The notes beneath the pieces were generated by a model, which saw nothing but the letters and a program-made list of their open reading frames with translations, searched no databases and was not told where the DNA came from. The position numbers and the translations under genes were made by a program. From an uncultured virus (IMG/VR IMGVR_UViG_3300036406_001455) (taxonomy: Duplodnaviria; Heunggongvirae; Uroviricota; Caudoviricetes): a stretch of DNA of 60,520 nt. Positions within the stretch are counted from its first letter, which is position 1. Each line of letters starts with the position of its first letter. Positions 28,896 through 37,907 of the stretch are shown one piece after another. The stretch is taken from IMG/VR virus record IMGVR_UViG_3300036406_001455; one strand, written 5' to 3'.

Positions 28896-29581
28896 TGCGC
28901 CTCCTCGCACGGCTTCTCGCGGGGCTGCTCGACTTCGCGCCGCTCTGGCTACTGCGCCGCATCCCACCTGGCATGCGACGGCTGCCCGAGGCTCCGAAGC
29001 CCCCCATCAAGTTCGTAGACTCCGAAGGCGTCGGGTGGCGCGAGCGCCCCGACTACATGGAACCATGGCAGCCGGACACGGGGCAGCACGAAACGTGGAA
29101 GCGCGAGATGCGCGTGGCCGTGCTGCGGTGGCGTCGCGGGGAACGTGGCCAAGGCAACGTGAACCTCGCGGCTTACGACCTCGGCGAGCGCAACGTCCCC
29201 GTGCCGATGCTGTTCCCGCTGCACATGCAGCTGGCTGACGCGTGCCGACGGCTGGGCTTCTCCCAGCTGGCCGAGTGTTCTGTGCCGGACGCGCCTATGA
29301 CCCGCGAGGAGATCGAGCGTTTCTGGACCGAACAGGAAACAGCCGCAGCTACCGAGGCCGAGCTACGCGAGGCTCGGGGGCGCGCAACCGCGTCAACCTG
29401 GGATACCACGTCGCGAGGCGAGTTCGTCTACGCACTGGCCGCAGAGGCGCTGCCGCTACTGACCGTTGGCCCCATTGACGGGGCGCCCACGCGCCACCCA
29501 CGCGCGTCCCTTCAACCCGTCAATCTCACCCTCGAATCGAGGGATCGCAACACCTACATGCAACCCAAGGCAAGGAAATGA
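28895..29581 (+). CDS. Hypothetical protein
   Basis: TGATG-coupled. Confidence 0.6.
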   Translation: MRLLARLLAGLLDFAPLWLLRRIPPGMRRLPEAPKPPIKFVDSEGVGWRERPDYMEPWQPDTGQHETWKREMRVAVLRWRRGERGQGNVNLAAYDLGERNVPVPMLFPLHMQLADACRRLGFSQLAECSVPDAPMTREEIERFWTEQETAAATEAELREARGRATASTWDTTSRGEFVYALAAEALPLLTVGPIDGAPTRHPRASLQPVNLTLESRDRNTYMQPKARK

Positions 29582-30024
29582 AGATCGTACAGGCTGTTTG
29601 CCCCATCACCATGAAGAAGGCGCGAGTCACCGCGGAAGACGACTGTGCGGTCACGCATGAGGAGCCGCCTGAAGGTGTGCAGCTGCCCTTGGGGTGGGCG
29701 CGCATCACCATCGACGTGGCGGTTCCCAACCCGGCGACCGACTACGTGAAGCGCCTCCGGGTGCGTGAGCGTGCCAAGGCAATCGCCGACCTCAAGGCGG
29801 TGGTCGCGGAGCCCACGATCCCGGAAACCATGCGGGCGTCGGCAGCGGCCCAGCTGCAAGACCCGACGGACGTGGAGCGCGCCATCAGCGAGAACTTCCC
29901 TATGCCTACGCACGAAGTGGTTCTGCGGCGCATCACCTTCCCGGTGGTGTCCGATGAAGGCATCGCGTCTACGCTGGCTGCGCTGCAACAGCTCGGGTTC
30001 CCGGTGCCGGGGGGTGCGCAGTGA
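29578..30024 (+). CDS. Hypothetical protein
   Basis: ATGA-coupled, AAGGA SD. Confidence 0.65.
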   Translation: MKIVQAVCPITMKKARVTAEDDCAVTHEEPPEGVQLPLGWARITIDVAVPNPATDYVKRLRVRERAKAIADLKAVVAEPTIPETMRASAAAQLQDPTDVERAISENFPMPTHEVVLRRITFPVVSDEGIASTLAALQQLGFPVPGGAQ

Positions 30025-30500
30025 CCACGAAAAATGGCATCCTCGGGCTGCTGCTCAACGGCGCGGAAAGCTCGGCGGAACGCGGGGGCGTTGAGGCCCC
30101 GCCGCCCGGGGCATCGGTACCCCCGCCACCGCCGGACATGACGCTCAACCCCCGCGAAATGGCCATCGCCGAGCAGGTGATTCAGGCACTGCACCTGGAC
30201 ATCACGCCTGCCGACTACCTCGCGTTGCCCATCCACGCGACCATCGACAACAGTCGCCCTGGGCAGCTCGCCCAGATGCAGACGCCACAGGGCATCGTTG
30301 AGATGGTCGTGGTACCCCTGGTGGTCGCCATCCCGTACGCGAACCTCAAGACCAGCAAGGTGCTCTTGGCCAACGGCCAGATGCCCGACCCGTTGTTGGG
30401 CATGCTCCCGGTGTTCGAGGCCCGCATGGTGGTACCCAAGACCTGCCTCAAGCCCGAAGTGTTGGCGGCGATGGAATCCGCAGATCGCGGCCACAACTGA
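30021..30500 (+). CDS. Hypothetical protein
   Basis: GTGA-coupled. Confidence 0.65.
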   Translation: MTTKNGILGLLLNGAESSAERGGVEAPPPGASVPPPPPDMTLNPREMAIAEQVIQALHLDITPADYLALPIHATIDNSRPGQLAQMQTPQGIVEMVVVPLVVAIPYANLKTSKVLLANGQMPDPLLGMLPVFEARMVVPKTCLKPEVLAAMESADRGHN

Positions 30501-30525
30501 AAGCCGGCGACACAAGGGAGGCTCC

Positions 30526-31002
30526 GTGACGGTCAAAGACATCGACATGTACCTGAAGCTGAAGGCGCGGGCCGACCATCCAACCACACCTGCGCCCGAA
30601 GCGGCGAACGCGCAGAAGCAGTTGATGGCGATGGAACTGGAGCACCCGGACATCGCCGCGAAGGCCCTGCACGTGCAAACCGTGCTGAACGGCACGGATG
30701 AGTTTTTCCCCCGTGTGGGAGCCAGCGCACCTGGAGCCCCCGCGGCGCCGAAGAACGCGGTGCTGGCCTTCATGGACGGCATGGTCCGCAGCGCTGCCAG
30801 CGAGTTTGCCGACCGGGTAGCCGGCGAGGTTTCTGGTGCGGGTCGCCACGAGGCGTTGCGGTCAGGCCAGGTGGTGACGCGCCGTATGTCTTGCGGCAAG
30901 GGCCAAGTCTGCATCGAGATACGCGCCAACCAGCGCGACATGCAGCGGCGCCAGTTGAGGGATCAAGTAATGGATCGCGTGGAAGAACTACTTCGCGAGT
31001 AG
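30526..31002 (+). CDS. Hypothetical protein with DUF2786-like N-terminus
   Basis: GGAGG SD; LKLKARADHPTTPAPEAANA. Confidence 0.6.
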   Translation: MTVKDIDMYLKLKARADHPTTPAPEAANAQKQLMAMELEHPDIAAKALHVQTVLNGTDEFFPRVGASAPGAPAAPKNAVLAFMDGMVRSAASEFADRVAGEVSGAGRHEALRSGQVVTRRMSCGKGQVCIEIRANQRDMQRRQLRDQVMDRVEELLRE

Positions 31003-31110
31003 GATGCCCGGCGAGCGACGCGCATTTTGGCGGGAGCAATGCTCCCTCCTGTTTGTGGCCAAGCGCGGATGCGACGGTAGAGTTGGGAGAACACCTCGGA
31101 CACCCCCCCC

Positions 31111-31479
31111 ATGCCGGCATTCATTCGCGACTCGCTCGTACTTGACTTCTCGCCCGTAGCGGCGCTGGCGTCAGGTGTCACCGAGAACGTGGATCTCACC
31201 ACCGTTCGTGGCTTCGACATCCGCGAGTTCACCGCATTGCCAACCGCTACAGCCGCGAACACCGGCTCGGCGCAGTTGTTCACTGGCGGGTTGGCTGCGA
31301 CGGACGCGGTCGCCATGACCACCAACGGCCAGATCGGCAGGTTCCAAAGTGGCCTAACGAACATCCGGCGTACCACGGTGGCCGGCGCGGTCATCCGTGT
31401 GGCCTTCGTGGATGGTGGCGGCGGCGGCGGCGCCAACGGCCACGCGTACGCCACGGTCCTTCCCAACGCCATCTCGTAG
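31111..31479 (+). CDS. Small beta-rich putative virion protein (tandem paralog 1)
   Basis: A/T/G-rich; highly similar to the next gene. Confidence 0.75.
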   Translation: MPAFIRDSLVLDFSPVAALASGVTENVDLTTVRGFDIREFTALPTATAANTGSAQLFTGGLAATDAVAMTTNGQIGRFQSGLTNIRRTTVAGAVIRVAFVDGGGGGGANGHAYATVLPNAIS

Positions 31480-31515
31480 TCCGCACCCTACCCTGCATCT
31501 TTCTCTGGAGTCCCC

Positions 31516-31881
31516 ATGCCTGTCTCGATCCGCGCTTCTCTCGTCCTCGACTTCTCTCCCGCCGCCGCGCTCGCCGCGGGTGCCACCAGCACCGTCACGC
31601 TCACCACGGTGCGCGGTTTCGACATCTACGACTTCAGCGCACTCGCGACGGCGACCAACGCCGGCAGCACCGCGCAGCTCCTGACCGGCGGTGTCGCGGC
31701 CAGCAACGCGGCCGTCATGGCTACGGACGGCACCATCGGACGCTTCGCCACCGGCCTGACGAATGCCCGCCGGACCGTCGCTGCTGCGGGCACCATCGGC
31801 GTGCTCTTCACCGACGGCGGTGGCGGCGGCGGCGCCAACGGCCATGCGTACGCGGCCGTGCTCCCCAACGTCATCTCGTAG
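31516..31881 (+). CDS. Small beta-rich putative virion protein (tandem paralog 2)
   Basis: Shares SLVLDFSP, LTTVRGFDI, DGGGGGGANGHAYA, LPN.IS. Confidence 0.8.
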   Translation: MPVSIRASLVLDFSPAAALAAGATSTVTLTTVRGFDIYDFSALATATNAGSTAQLLTGGVAASNAAVMATDGTIGRFATGLTNARRTVAAAGTIGVLFTDGGGGGGANGHAYAAVLPNVIS

Positions 31882-31902
31882 TCCACGGCTACGTGCAGAA
31901 CG

Positions 31903-32346
31903 GTGAACATCCGGTTACCCAACCGGATGTTCACCCTTCTTCGCTCCGTGTACCTGCGCTGGCCCCAAGTGTTCTGGCGTCTGCGTGTCCCGCCCCTTGC
32001 GCTACCCGGCTGGCGGGCGCTTCTCGAAGCGTTCAACCAGTCCGGTGGCATCTGGCAACAGGACGGCATCTGCGGCGTTCCGCTGCAGTGGACGTTGTTC
32101 CATTGGAGCGATGACGAACCCCGCAGGTTGATCGCAGAGACCGCCCGCTGCGCCGTCACCGGCAACGCCATCGAAACCAGCCCGCCGCTCAAAGGCCCGA
32201 AGCAGGCTGACGGGGCGCGCCTCGGGGTGCGTTGCGCCCGCTGCGGTATCGCGCTGTGCGCCAGGGCCGCCGGCATGCAGCACGAGCTTTCGGTGCCGTC
32301 GTGCCCTGGCTGCCGCACTCGGGTGAAGCGCAACACCGACTTCTAG
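31903..32346 (+). CDS. Hypothetical Zn-finger-like protein
   Basis: CxxC pairs; start uncertain. Confidence 0.5.
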   Translation: MNIRLPNRMFTLLRSVYLRWPQVFWRLRVPPLALPGWRALLEAFNQSGGIWQQDGICGVPLQWTLFHWSDDEPRRLIAETARCAVTGNAIETSPPLKGPKQADGARLGVRCARCGIALCARAAGMQHELSVPSCPGCRTRVKRNTDF

Positions 32347-32416
32347 CCGGGCGGCGCTACGCCTTGCGCAAAGGCGAAGGTCGGGTTAGTGCAGCAACAC
32401 ATCAAGGGCTACATCC

Positions 32417-32896
32417 ATGGCAGGCAAGTCGGGCATCAATGCGTACGTGACGGAGCTTTTCGACCGCGCAGGACTCACGGTGGAAGCGTCCGGCGGCAAG
32501 GTCACCATCTACCGTGGCAAAGCGATCCTCGGAGCGGGCCGCAACGTGCCTTACGCCATCCAGAGCGTGCAGGCCCCTGTCTTCATGAAGTACGGTCAGG
32601 TCTTCGGGCTGGCGATGGCCTACGCTTTCGGCCCCGACGGCGTGGCTGAGGCCGTGTGCGTGCTCCAGGAGGACGCGGTGCGCAACATCCTCGACGGCGA
32701 TGCGGACACGGACGACGACTTCGACGACGTGGACGAAGACGACGACGACGACGACGATGACGACGGGCTGCACGAAGAGGACGACGAGGACGATTCGGAC
32801 GACGAGGACGATTCGGACGACGACGAAGATGCGGCCTACGACGACTCCGAAGACATCGAGGAAGGGCGCATCACCTTCACCGAAGACGACGAGTAG
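32417..32896 (+). CDS. Protein with extremely acidic C-terminal tail
   Basis: Last about 65 aa mostly D/E. Confidence 0.75.
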   Translation: MAGKSGINAYVTELFDRAGLTVEASGGKVTIYRGKAILGAGRNVPYAIQSVQAPVFMKYGQVFGLAMAYAFGPDGVAEAVCVLQEDAVRNILDGDADTDDDFDDVDEDDDDDDDDDGLHEEDDEDDSDDEDDSDDDEDAAYDDSEDIEEGRITFTEDDE

Positions 32897-32900
32897 GCCC

Positions 32901-33209
32901 ATGCTTGTCGGGGCGCTCAGCTTCGCGAATGCGTTGCTGTTGATGTGGTGCAGCGCGCTCTACACGGAGCGCAAGATGCTGCGCGCGCGTCTGCATGAGA
33001 CGGAGCAACACGCTGCCTACTGGCTGGACCGCACGGAGTTTCTGCTGGGTGAGAACGCGACGCTGCTGTCCCGGAGCGCAAGCCCACCCCCGGCGTCCAG
33101 CACCGAGCATCCCGCCATGGCGGCTGCGTTGGCGCACGCCCCCACGATGTTCGAAGAAGCCCGTAGGCAAGAGAGCATCATGCAAGCTGCCCGCGCCCGG
33201 CAAGAGTAA
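32901..33209 (+). CDS. Hypothetical membrane-anchored protein
   Basis: N-terminal hydrophobic helix. Confidence 0.5.
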   Translation: MLVGALSFANALLLMWCSALYTERKMLRARLHETEQHAAYWLDRTEFLLGENATLLSRSASPPPASSTEHPAMAAALAHAPTMFEEARRQESIMQAARARQE

Positions 33210-33701
33210 GTGCTGTACATAGGTGGCGTTCTCGCTGGGCTTTACATCATCGGAGCACTCACGCTGCTGGGCGAGCTACGCCACCTGGTTGGCGACGACT
33301 TCGTAGGGGAAGTCGGCATTGGCTCATGGGTCGTGACGCCTCTGATCCGAGGCACCAGTGTAGGTATCGTCGTGGTGTCGTACTGCGTAGCAGCTATATG
33401 GTGCGCGCCTCGACGCATCGCCACGTTGCGCCGTCTGCGTCGGGTGGCAGCGCATGTACGTAACGGCGGCGCCCCGCCGGCCACACACCCCACCGAGAGC
33501 TACATCGACGGGTGCGTGGCGTCGGCGTGTACGGAGGAGTCTACCGATTTCGGGCGCTTTCTGATCCGACCTTACGGTAAGGGCGTGTGCGCCTGCGGGG
33601 GCGAATCGGCGGTGCAGTGTGGCGTAGACCTCTTGTGCCGTGTGTGCCTGCGCCGAATGGTCGCTGAGCACTACGAAGGCACCCAGCTACAGCGCCCGTG
33701 A
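33210..33701 (+). CDS. Hypothetical membrane protein with Cys-rich C-terminus
   Basis: Hydrophobic segments; CAC...CRVC. Confidence 0.5.
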   Translation: MLYIGGVLAGLYIIGALTLLGELRHLVGDDFVGEVGIGSWVVTPLIRGTSVGIVVVSYCVAAIWCAPRRIATLRRLRRVAAHVRNGGAPPATHPTESYIDGCVASACTEESTDFGRFLIRPYGKGVCACGGESAVQCGVDLLCRVCLRRMVAEHYEGTQLQRP

Positions 33702-33742
33702 GCCACCGAGGAGCATTGCTCCCGTAGTTTGCCCCAGCACCC

Positions 33743-33770
33743 TTGACACGTTCTTCCCCCATGCTATCCT
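33743..33770 (+). promoter_or_regulatory. Sigma70-like promoter TTGACA-N16-(TG)TATCCT
   Basis: Upstream of AAGGAG and ATG 33803; heads the NP-protein operon. Confidence 0.65.
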
Positions 33771-33802
33771 GCGTACGGGCGCCGAAGGAGACTACATCCT
33801 TC

Positions 33803-34843
33803 ATGGCTACCTATTTTGGACGACGCCCCGACCCGCGAGTGCAGCTGCACGTACGGCAGCCGGCGCGGCTTCCCGAGCCGAAGCCATCCGTGGCGGAGCC
33901 ATTGAGCTACCCGAAGGAGAGCTTTGCGCCCATCGAGCTGGCGCCCGAAGTGCAGCGCCACCTGAAGCGCGTCAACTACGAGGGCGAGTCGCCGCTCCAG
34001 GGCCGCGTCAACACCATCGAGGGCTGGGAACAGTGGGACATGGCCCAACGGCTCGCGTTCCTTCGCGCCTTCGTCAAGGATACGGCCCGCGATCCCGCCA
34101 TCGCGGCCAAGGCCGCCAACATTGTGCGCATGGCTGGGGACGGATCCAGGGACCACCAGGCGCAGTGGGCCGCGCTCCTGAAATGGGTGCAGCGGAACAT
34201 CCTGTACGTCAACGAGCCCAACGAGCGCATCCAGTCTCCGCAGTACACGCTCACGGAGAAGATGGGCGACTGTGACGACCTCGGGATCGCGCTCGCCGCC
34301 CTCGGCGAGTCCATCCGCCTACCGTGGCGCTTCGTCATTACCGGACGCAGCAACCGCGGACAGCGCGTACGCTACGTGGATGGCACCGGCCCGGTTCCGC
34401 AGAACGTGGTGTGGACCCACATCTACCTTGTGGTCGGCTGGCCCCCGTTCCAGCCCACGAAGTGGGTGTTTGCCGAACCTACCCTCGACGTGCCGCTCGG
34501 CTGGGACACCATCGCAGGGCGCAAGGTCCAGGGTCGCGCCGACATGGCTGGTCGTGAACTGGGCGGTAGCGCCATCGCCATGGGCGCTCCCGAGTCCAAG
34601 GCCGCCGCCGCGCTGGAGGAAGCCGAGAAGGACTCCGGCCTGTGGAACGCGGTCCAGACCAAGATCAACTGGTGGCAGGTGGCGGGCGTCGTGTCAGCCT
34701 CTGTGCTCTCGGCGGTGGTGGTCAAGGGACTCGTCGAGCCGAAGTTCGCCAAGGCAACGAAGGCTTCGAAGCCGGCGGCCCGGGTGCGGAATCCGAGCAA
34801 GAAGCGAAAGGCCAAGCGTGGCTGTTCATCGTGTGGGAGGTAG
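33803..34843 (+). CDS. Transglutaminase-like (papain-fold) cysteine enzyme with C-terminal TM helix
   Basis: GDCDD (Cys), WTHIY (His), WVFAEPT (acid; Glu where Asp is usual); TM WWQVAGVVSASVLSAVVV; basic tail with RVRNP. Confidence 0.85.
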   Translation: MATYFGRRPDPRVQLHVRQPARLPEPKPSVAEPLSYPKESFAPIELAPEVQRHLKRVNYEGESPLQGRVNTIEGWEQWDMAQRLAFLRAFVKDTARDPAIAAKAANIVRMAGDGSRDHQAQWAALLKWVQRNILYVNEPNERIQSPQYTLTEKMGDCDDLGIALAALGESIRLPWRFVITGRSNRGQRVRYVDGTGPVPQNVVWTHIYLVVGWPPFQPTKWVFAEPTLDVPLGWDTIAGRKVQGRADMAGRELGGSAIAMGAPESKAAAALEEAEKDSGLWNAVQTKINWWQVAGVVSASVLSAVVVKGLVEPKFAKATKASKPAARVRNPSKKRKAKRGCSSCGR

Positions 34844-34845
34844 GT

Positions 34846-37122
34846 ATGCCGAAGAACCCCAAGGTTCGCCGCTTCAAGAGCGTGGCCGAGATGCGCCAAG
34901 CGGGCGTACCTGACATCTTCCACAGCGGCGCAGACTCCTGGGGCGTGGGTGGGCAGACGACCATGCTTTACCCATCCGGTGAGCAGCGCCCCTTCCTGAA
35001 GCACTCCGGACACTTTCTGTCCTCCAGCGCCGATAGCACCACGCTCATGTACCGCAAGCGCATCGGCGAGGACGAGGGCGAGTACACCGCCCGCGGTCTC
35101 TACGACATCTGGGGGCGGCGCCGGAACCCCGGGTGGATGCCTGGCTCCTACCAGGCCCAGCGCGACTGGCTGGACAAGGTTGCCGGCGAGGAGTACAAGC
35201 GGCAGCTCGCGGCACACATGAAGAAGGGTCGTTCCCGCTCCACGATGCGCTACAGCGTGCCGGACTGGCAGCAGGATATGGTCGACGCGCTGGGCCTGCC
35301 CGACGAGGACACGTTCAAGGCGCTCAAGCTCAAGTACATATTTGGCGAAGGGCGGAAGAACCCTTCGGCTCGCGTCAAGCCCACGACGGGCACGCACCTT
35401 TCCGCGGGCGACCGTGTTCGCTACTCCGACGAGAAGCTGCGGCACACCGGGCGCCACTTGAAGGCGGGCGCGAAGCTCCGTCGCGGCGTCGTGGAGTCGG
35501 TGGGCGCCTCGACATGGGGCGGACCGGAGTGGGCCGAAGCTGTCGTGCGTTGGGACGATGGGAAGGTGGAGCCCTGGGGCGCCCACCACCTGAGCCGTGC
35601 GAAGAAGAATCCGAGTCGAGGAGCATCCGTGAAGAACCCTTCCGCAAAAGCACACCTGGCCCGCATGCAGCTGGGCGCCTCCATGCTTCGCGAACAGGTC
35701 ACCGCAGCGCAGTCGGCGCTCGCTCGGGGCGACTCCGCTTCCTACCTCTCGTGGCTTGAAAGCCTGCGTGAAGTGTTGGCGCGGGTATCCCAGGATGCGG
35801 CCGATGCGGGACAGCGTGAGACGCCGTACGCCACGGTTGCGCAGGAGACCATGCGGCAACTTCGGAAGGCCCTGATGAAGAAGAACCCTGGCCGCGCCGA
35901 GCGTGCCGAAGCCGCCCACACCCTCTTCGGCGGTCCCCGGCGCAAAGTCACCAAGCGGCTGCTGAAGGGCGAGAACGTGGGTTACAACGGCCTCGCGGTG
36001 AAGGTCGTGAAGTACGGTAAAGATCAAACAGTCGTGGTGGGCACCCGATTCCCGCAGCAGGCGGTCCCGACTTCAGCCATCGAAGACATCAGCGCGCCCG
36101 AGTGGAGCCGTCGATGGGACAAGCAGTTCTGGGGTCCGGAAGGAAAGCCCGACGACCTGAACAACGGCAACCGGCGAACCTACAAGAAGAACCCGGGCTT
36201 CAGCGACTACCTGGCCGCCGGCAAGCGCGCAGCCGCAGGCGCCATAGCCTCCGCCGCCGACTCCGCCCGCACCGCCATCGAGTCGGCCAAGCAGGCAGCC
36301 GCCGAAGAGGCTACCAAGGTGCGCGTGCAGCCTATCACCGAGGATCAGGCCATTCGGTTCCTCGCGAAGTCCCACGGGCTTACGATCACAAACCCCAAGC
36401 GTGGAGAGGTCGACGAGCTTCACGTGCGGTTCAACGGTACCGCTGGCTACCACGCGATGCCTGCAACGCCGGGCAACATGGCCAAGGTCGGCACGGCGGA
36501 GGGCATCGCGTACCTGCGGGAGTGGGGCAAGAAGCTGCTCGGACGCCCCGTCAATGCGATTGACGTGGAGCTGGTCAAGCGCGGCAGTCGCAAGGGCAAG
36601 CGCGTGCTGCTCGTGGACGAGTGGAGCGGTTGGCATACGCGCGCGCTGAACCCGAAGAAGCTGATCCGCCCGGTGCATACGCGCGTTCACGGCACAGATC
36701 AGTACGGGCGGCCCGTGGATACCTACTTCCGTGGTTCCATCGGAGCGCGCATCGCGAAGGACCACGTCGACTACGAGAACTACGACAGCGGCGGGCGGTT
36801 CGACCGCGGGGCGTTGACGCTCGTGCCCCACAAGCCGGCCTCCGCGCTGCGACCCAAGAAGGTGAGCAAGGCCGCGTTCAAGCGCGTAGCGAACCCGTCT
36901 TCGCACATCGGCGACATCATCCGGGTGTACACCGGCCCATCGGCCCTCCACCACACCCCGGGCTTCGAAGCGAACTACCGGGTGCTCGAAGTCAGCAACG
37001 ATCCGGGTCGCGCGCGTAGGCCCATCAAGGTTGCAGCAACGACCAACGATCACGGCAAGAAGGGCGCGGTCCACTGGATCGCCGTGGACCAAATCGTGAA
37101 GGTTGTTCGGAGGGCGAAGTGA
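34846..37122 (+). CDS. NP-motif modular protein 1 (758 aa, 10 NP)
   Basis: Starts MPKNP; RRNP, RKNP, KKNP x3, VKNP, ITNP, ALNP, VANP. Confidence 0.85.
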   Translation: MPKNPKVRRFKSVAEMRQAGVPDIFHSGADSWGVGGQTTMLYPSGEQRPFLKHSGHFLSSSADSTTLMYRKRIGEDEGEYTARGLYDIWGRRRNPGWMPGSYQAQRDWLDKVAGEEYKRQLAAHMKKGRSRSTMRYSVPDWQQDMVDALGLPDEDTFKALKLKYIFGEGRKNPSARVKPTTGTHLSAGDRVRYSDEKLRHTGRHLKAGAKLRRGVVESVGASTWGGPEWAEAVVRWDDGKVEPWGAHHLSRAKKNPSRGASVKNPSAKAHLARMQLGASMLREQVTAAQSALARGDSASYLSWLESLREVLARVSQDAADAGQRETPYATVAQETMRQLRKALMKKNPGRAERAEAAHTLFGGPRRKVTKRLLKGENVGYNGLAVKVVKYGKDQTVVVGTRFPQQAVPTSAIEDISAPEWSRRWDKQFWGPEGKPDDLNNGNRRTYKKNPGFSDYLAAGKRAAAGAIASAADSARTAIESAKQAAAEEATKVRVQPITEDQAIRFLAKSHGLTITNPKRGEVDELHVRFNGTAGYHAMPATPGNMAKVGTAEGIAYLREWGKKLLGRPVNAIDVELVKRGSRKGKRVLLVDEWSGWHTRALNPKKLIRPVHTRVHGTDQYGRPVDTYFRGSIGARIAKDHVDYENYDSGGRFDRGALTLVPHKPASALRPKKVSKAAFKRVANPSSHIGDIIRVYTGPSALHHTPGFEANYRVLEVSNDPGRARRPIKVAATTNDHGKKGAVHWIAVDQIVKVVRRAK

Positions 37123-37907
37123 GCGTCGTACAGTGGGCCGCGCACACCCATCGCGGGTTGAAGCGTTACACGGCGGTCGTGGACGGCACGAAGTACGTGT
37201 TGTTCCAGAACGACGACGGCACGTACAACGTCAACCGGTTTGACAACGACGGCGGGCCTGGGAAGCTCGTTGGCAAGTCGTACATGTACGGCCTCGCGGA
37301 AGCGAAGCGGGTCGCGTTGGGTCAAGTGCCGAAGCGCAACCCGGAGCAGTATGCGTGGGTTACGCAGTACATGGATCAACTGCCGCGCCACAACGACGTG
37401 CGCGACGCCATGAAGCCCATCTACCACCACGTCGTAAACAGCCATATGACCAGCATCACGCCCGCCATGCTGCGTAACGTGGTTCGCGCGGCTGAGCGCA
37501 TCCGAGCGGAGACGCGCGCCCACGGGTTCATGGACAACCAGACCACGGCCGCGTGGCCTGTGATCGAACAGGTCGAACTGGCTGCCGGGCGGGAGTTGAA
37601 GCGCCAGGACAACTGGCGGCACGGCGCCAAGAGCAACCCCAAGCGCTCGGTCAAGCGCCCGCAGGCCAAGCGCAACCCGATGGACAAGCCCACCTACGAC
37701 GCCGGTCTGAAGCGCGCCAAGCAGATTGGCATCGACAACGCCGAAACTGCCTTGGATCAGCGGAAGGCATACCCATCGGTGCGCGCAGCTTACGCAGCGT
37801 TCATCGTCAACGCAATTGACACGGTGAACGAACAGCGGCTGCCCGGTCGGGAGGTCGCCGTGCAGGCATTCTTGGATCACGTCGCCAAGCCAAAGAGGAA
37901 GAAGTGA
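37119..37907 (+). CDS. NP-motif modular protein 2 (3 NP)
   Basis: KRNP, KSNP, KRNP. Confidence 0.8.
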   Translation: MSVVQWAAHTHRGLKRYTAVVDGTKYVLFQNDDGTYNVNRFDNDGGPGKLVGKSYMYGLAEAKRVALGQVPKRNPEQYAWVTQYMDQLPRHNDVRDAMKPIYHHVVNSHMTSITPAMLRNVVRAAERIRAETRAHGFMDNQTTAAWPVIEQVELAAGRELKRQDNWRHGAKSNPKRSVKRPQAKRNPMDKPTYDAGLKRAKQIGIDNAETALDQRKAYPSVRAAYAAFIVNAIDTVNEQRLPGREVAVQAFLDHVAKPKRKK

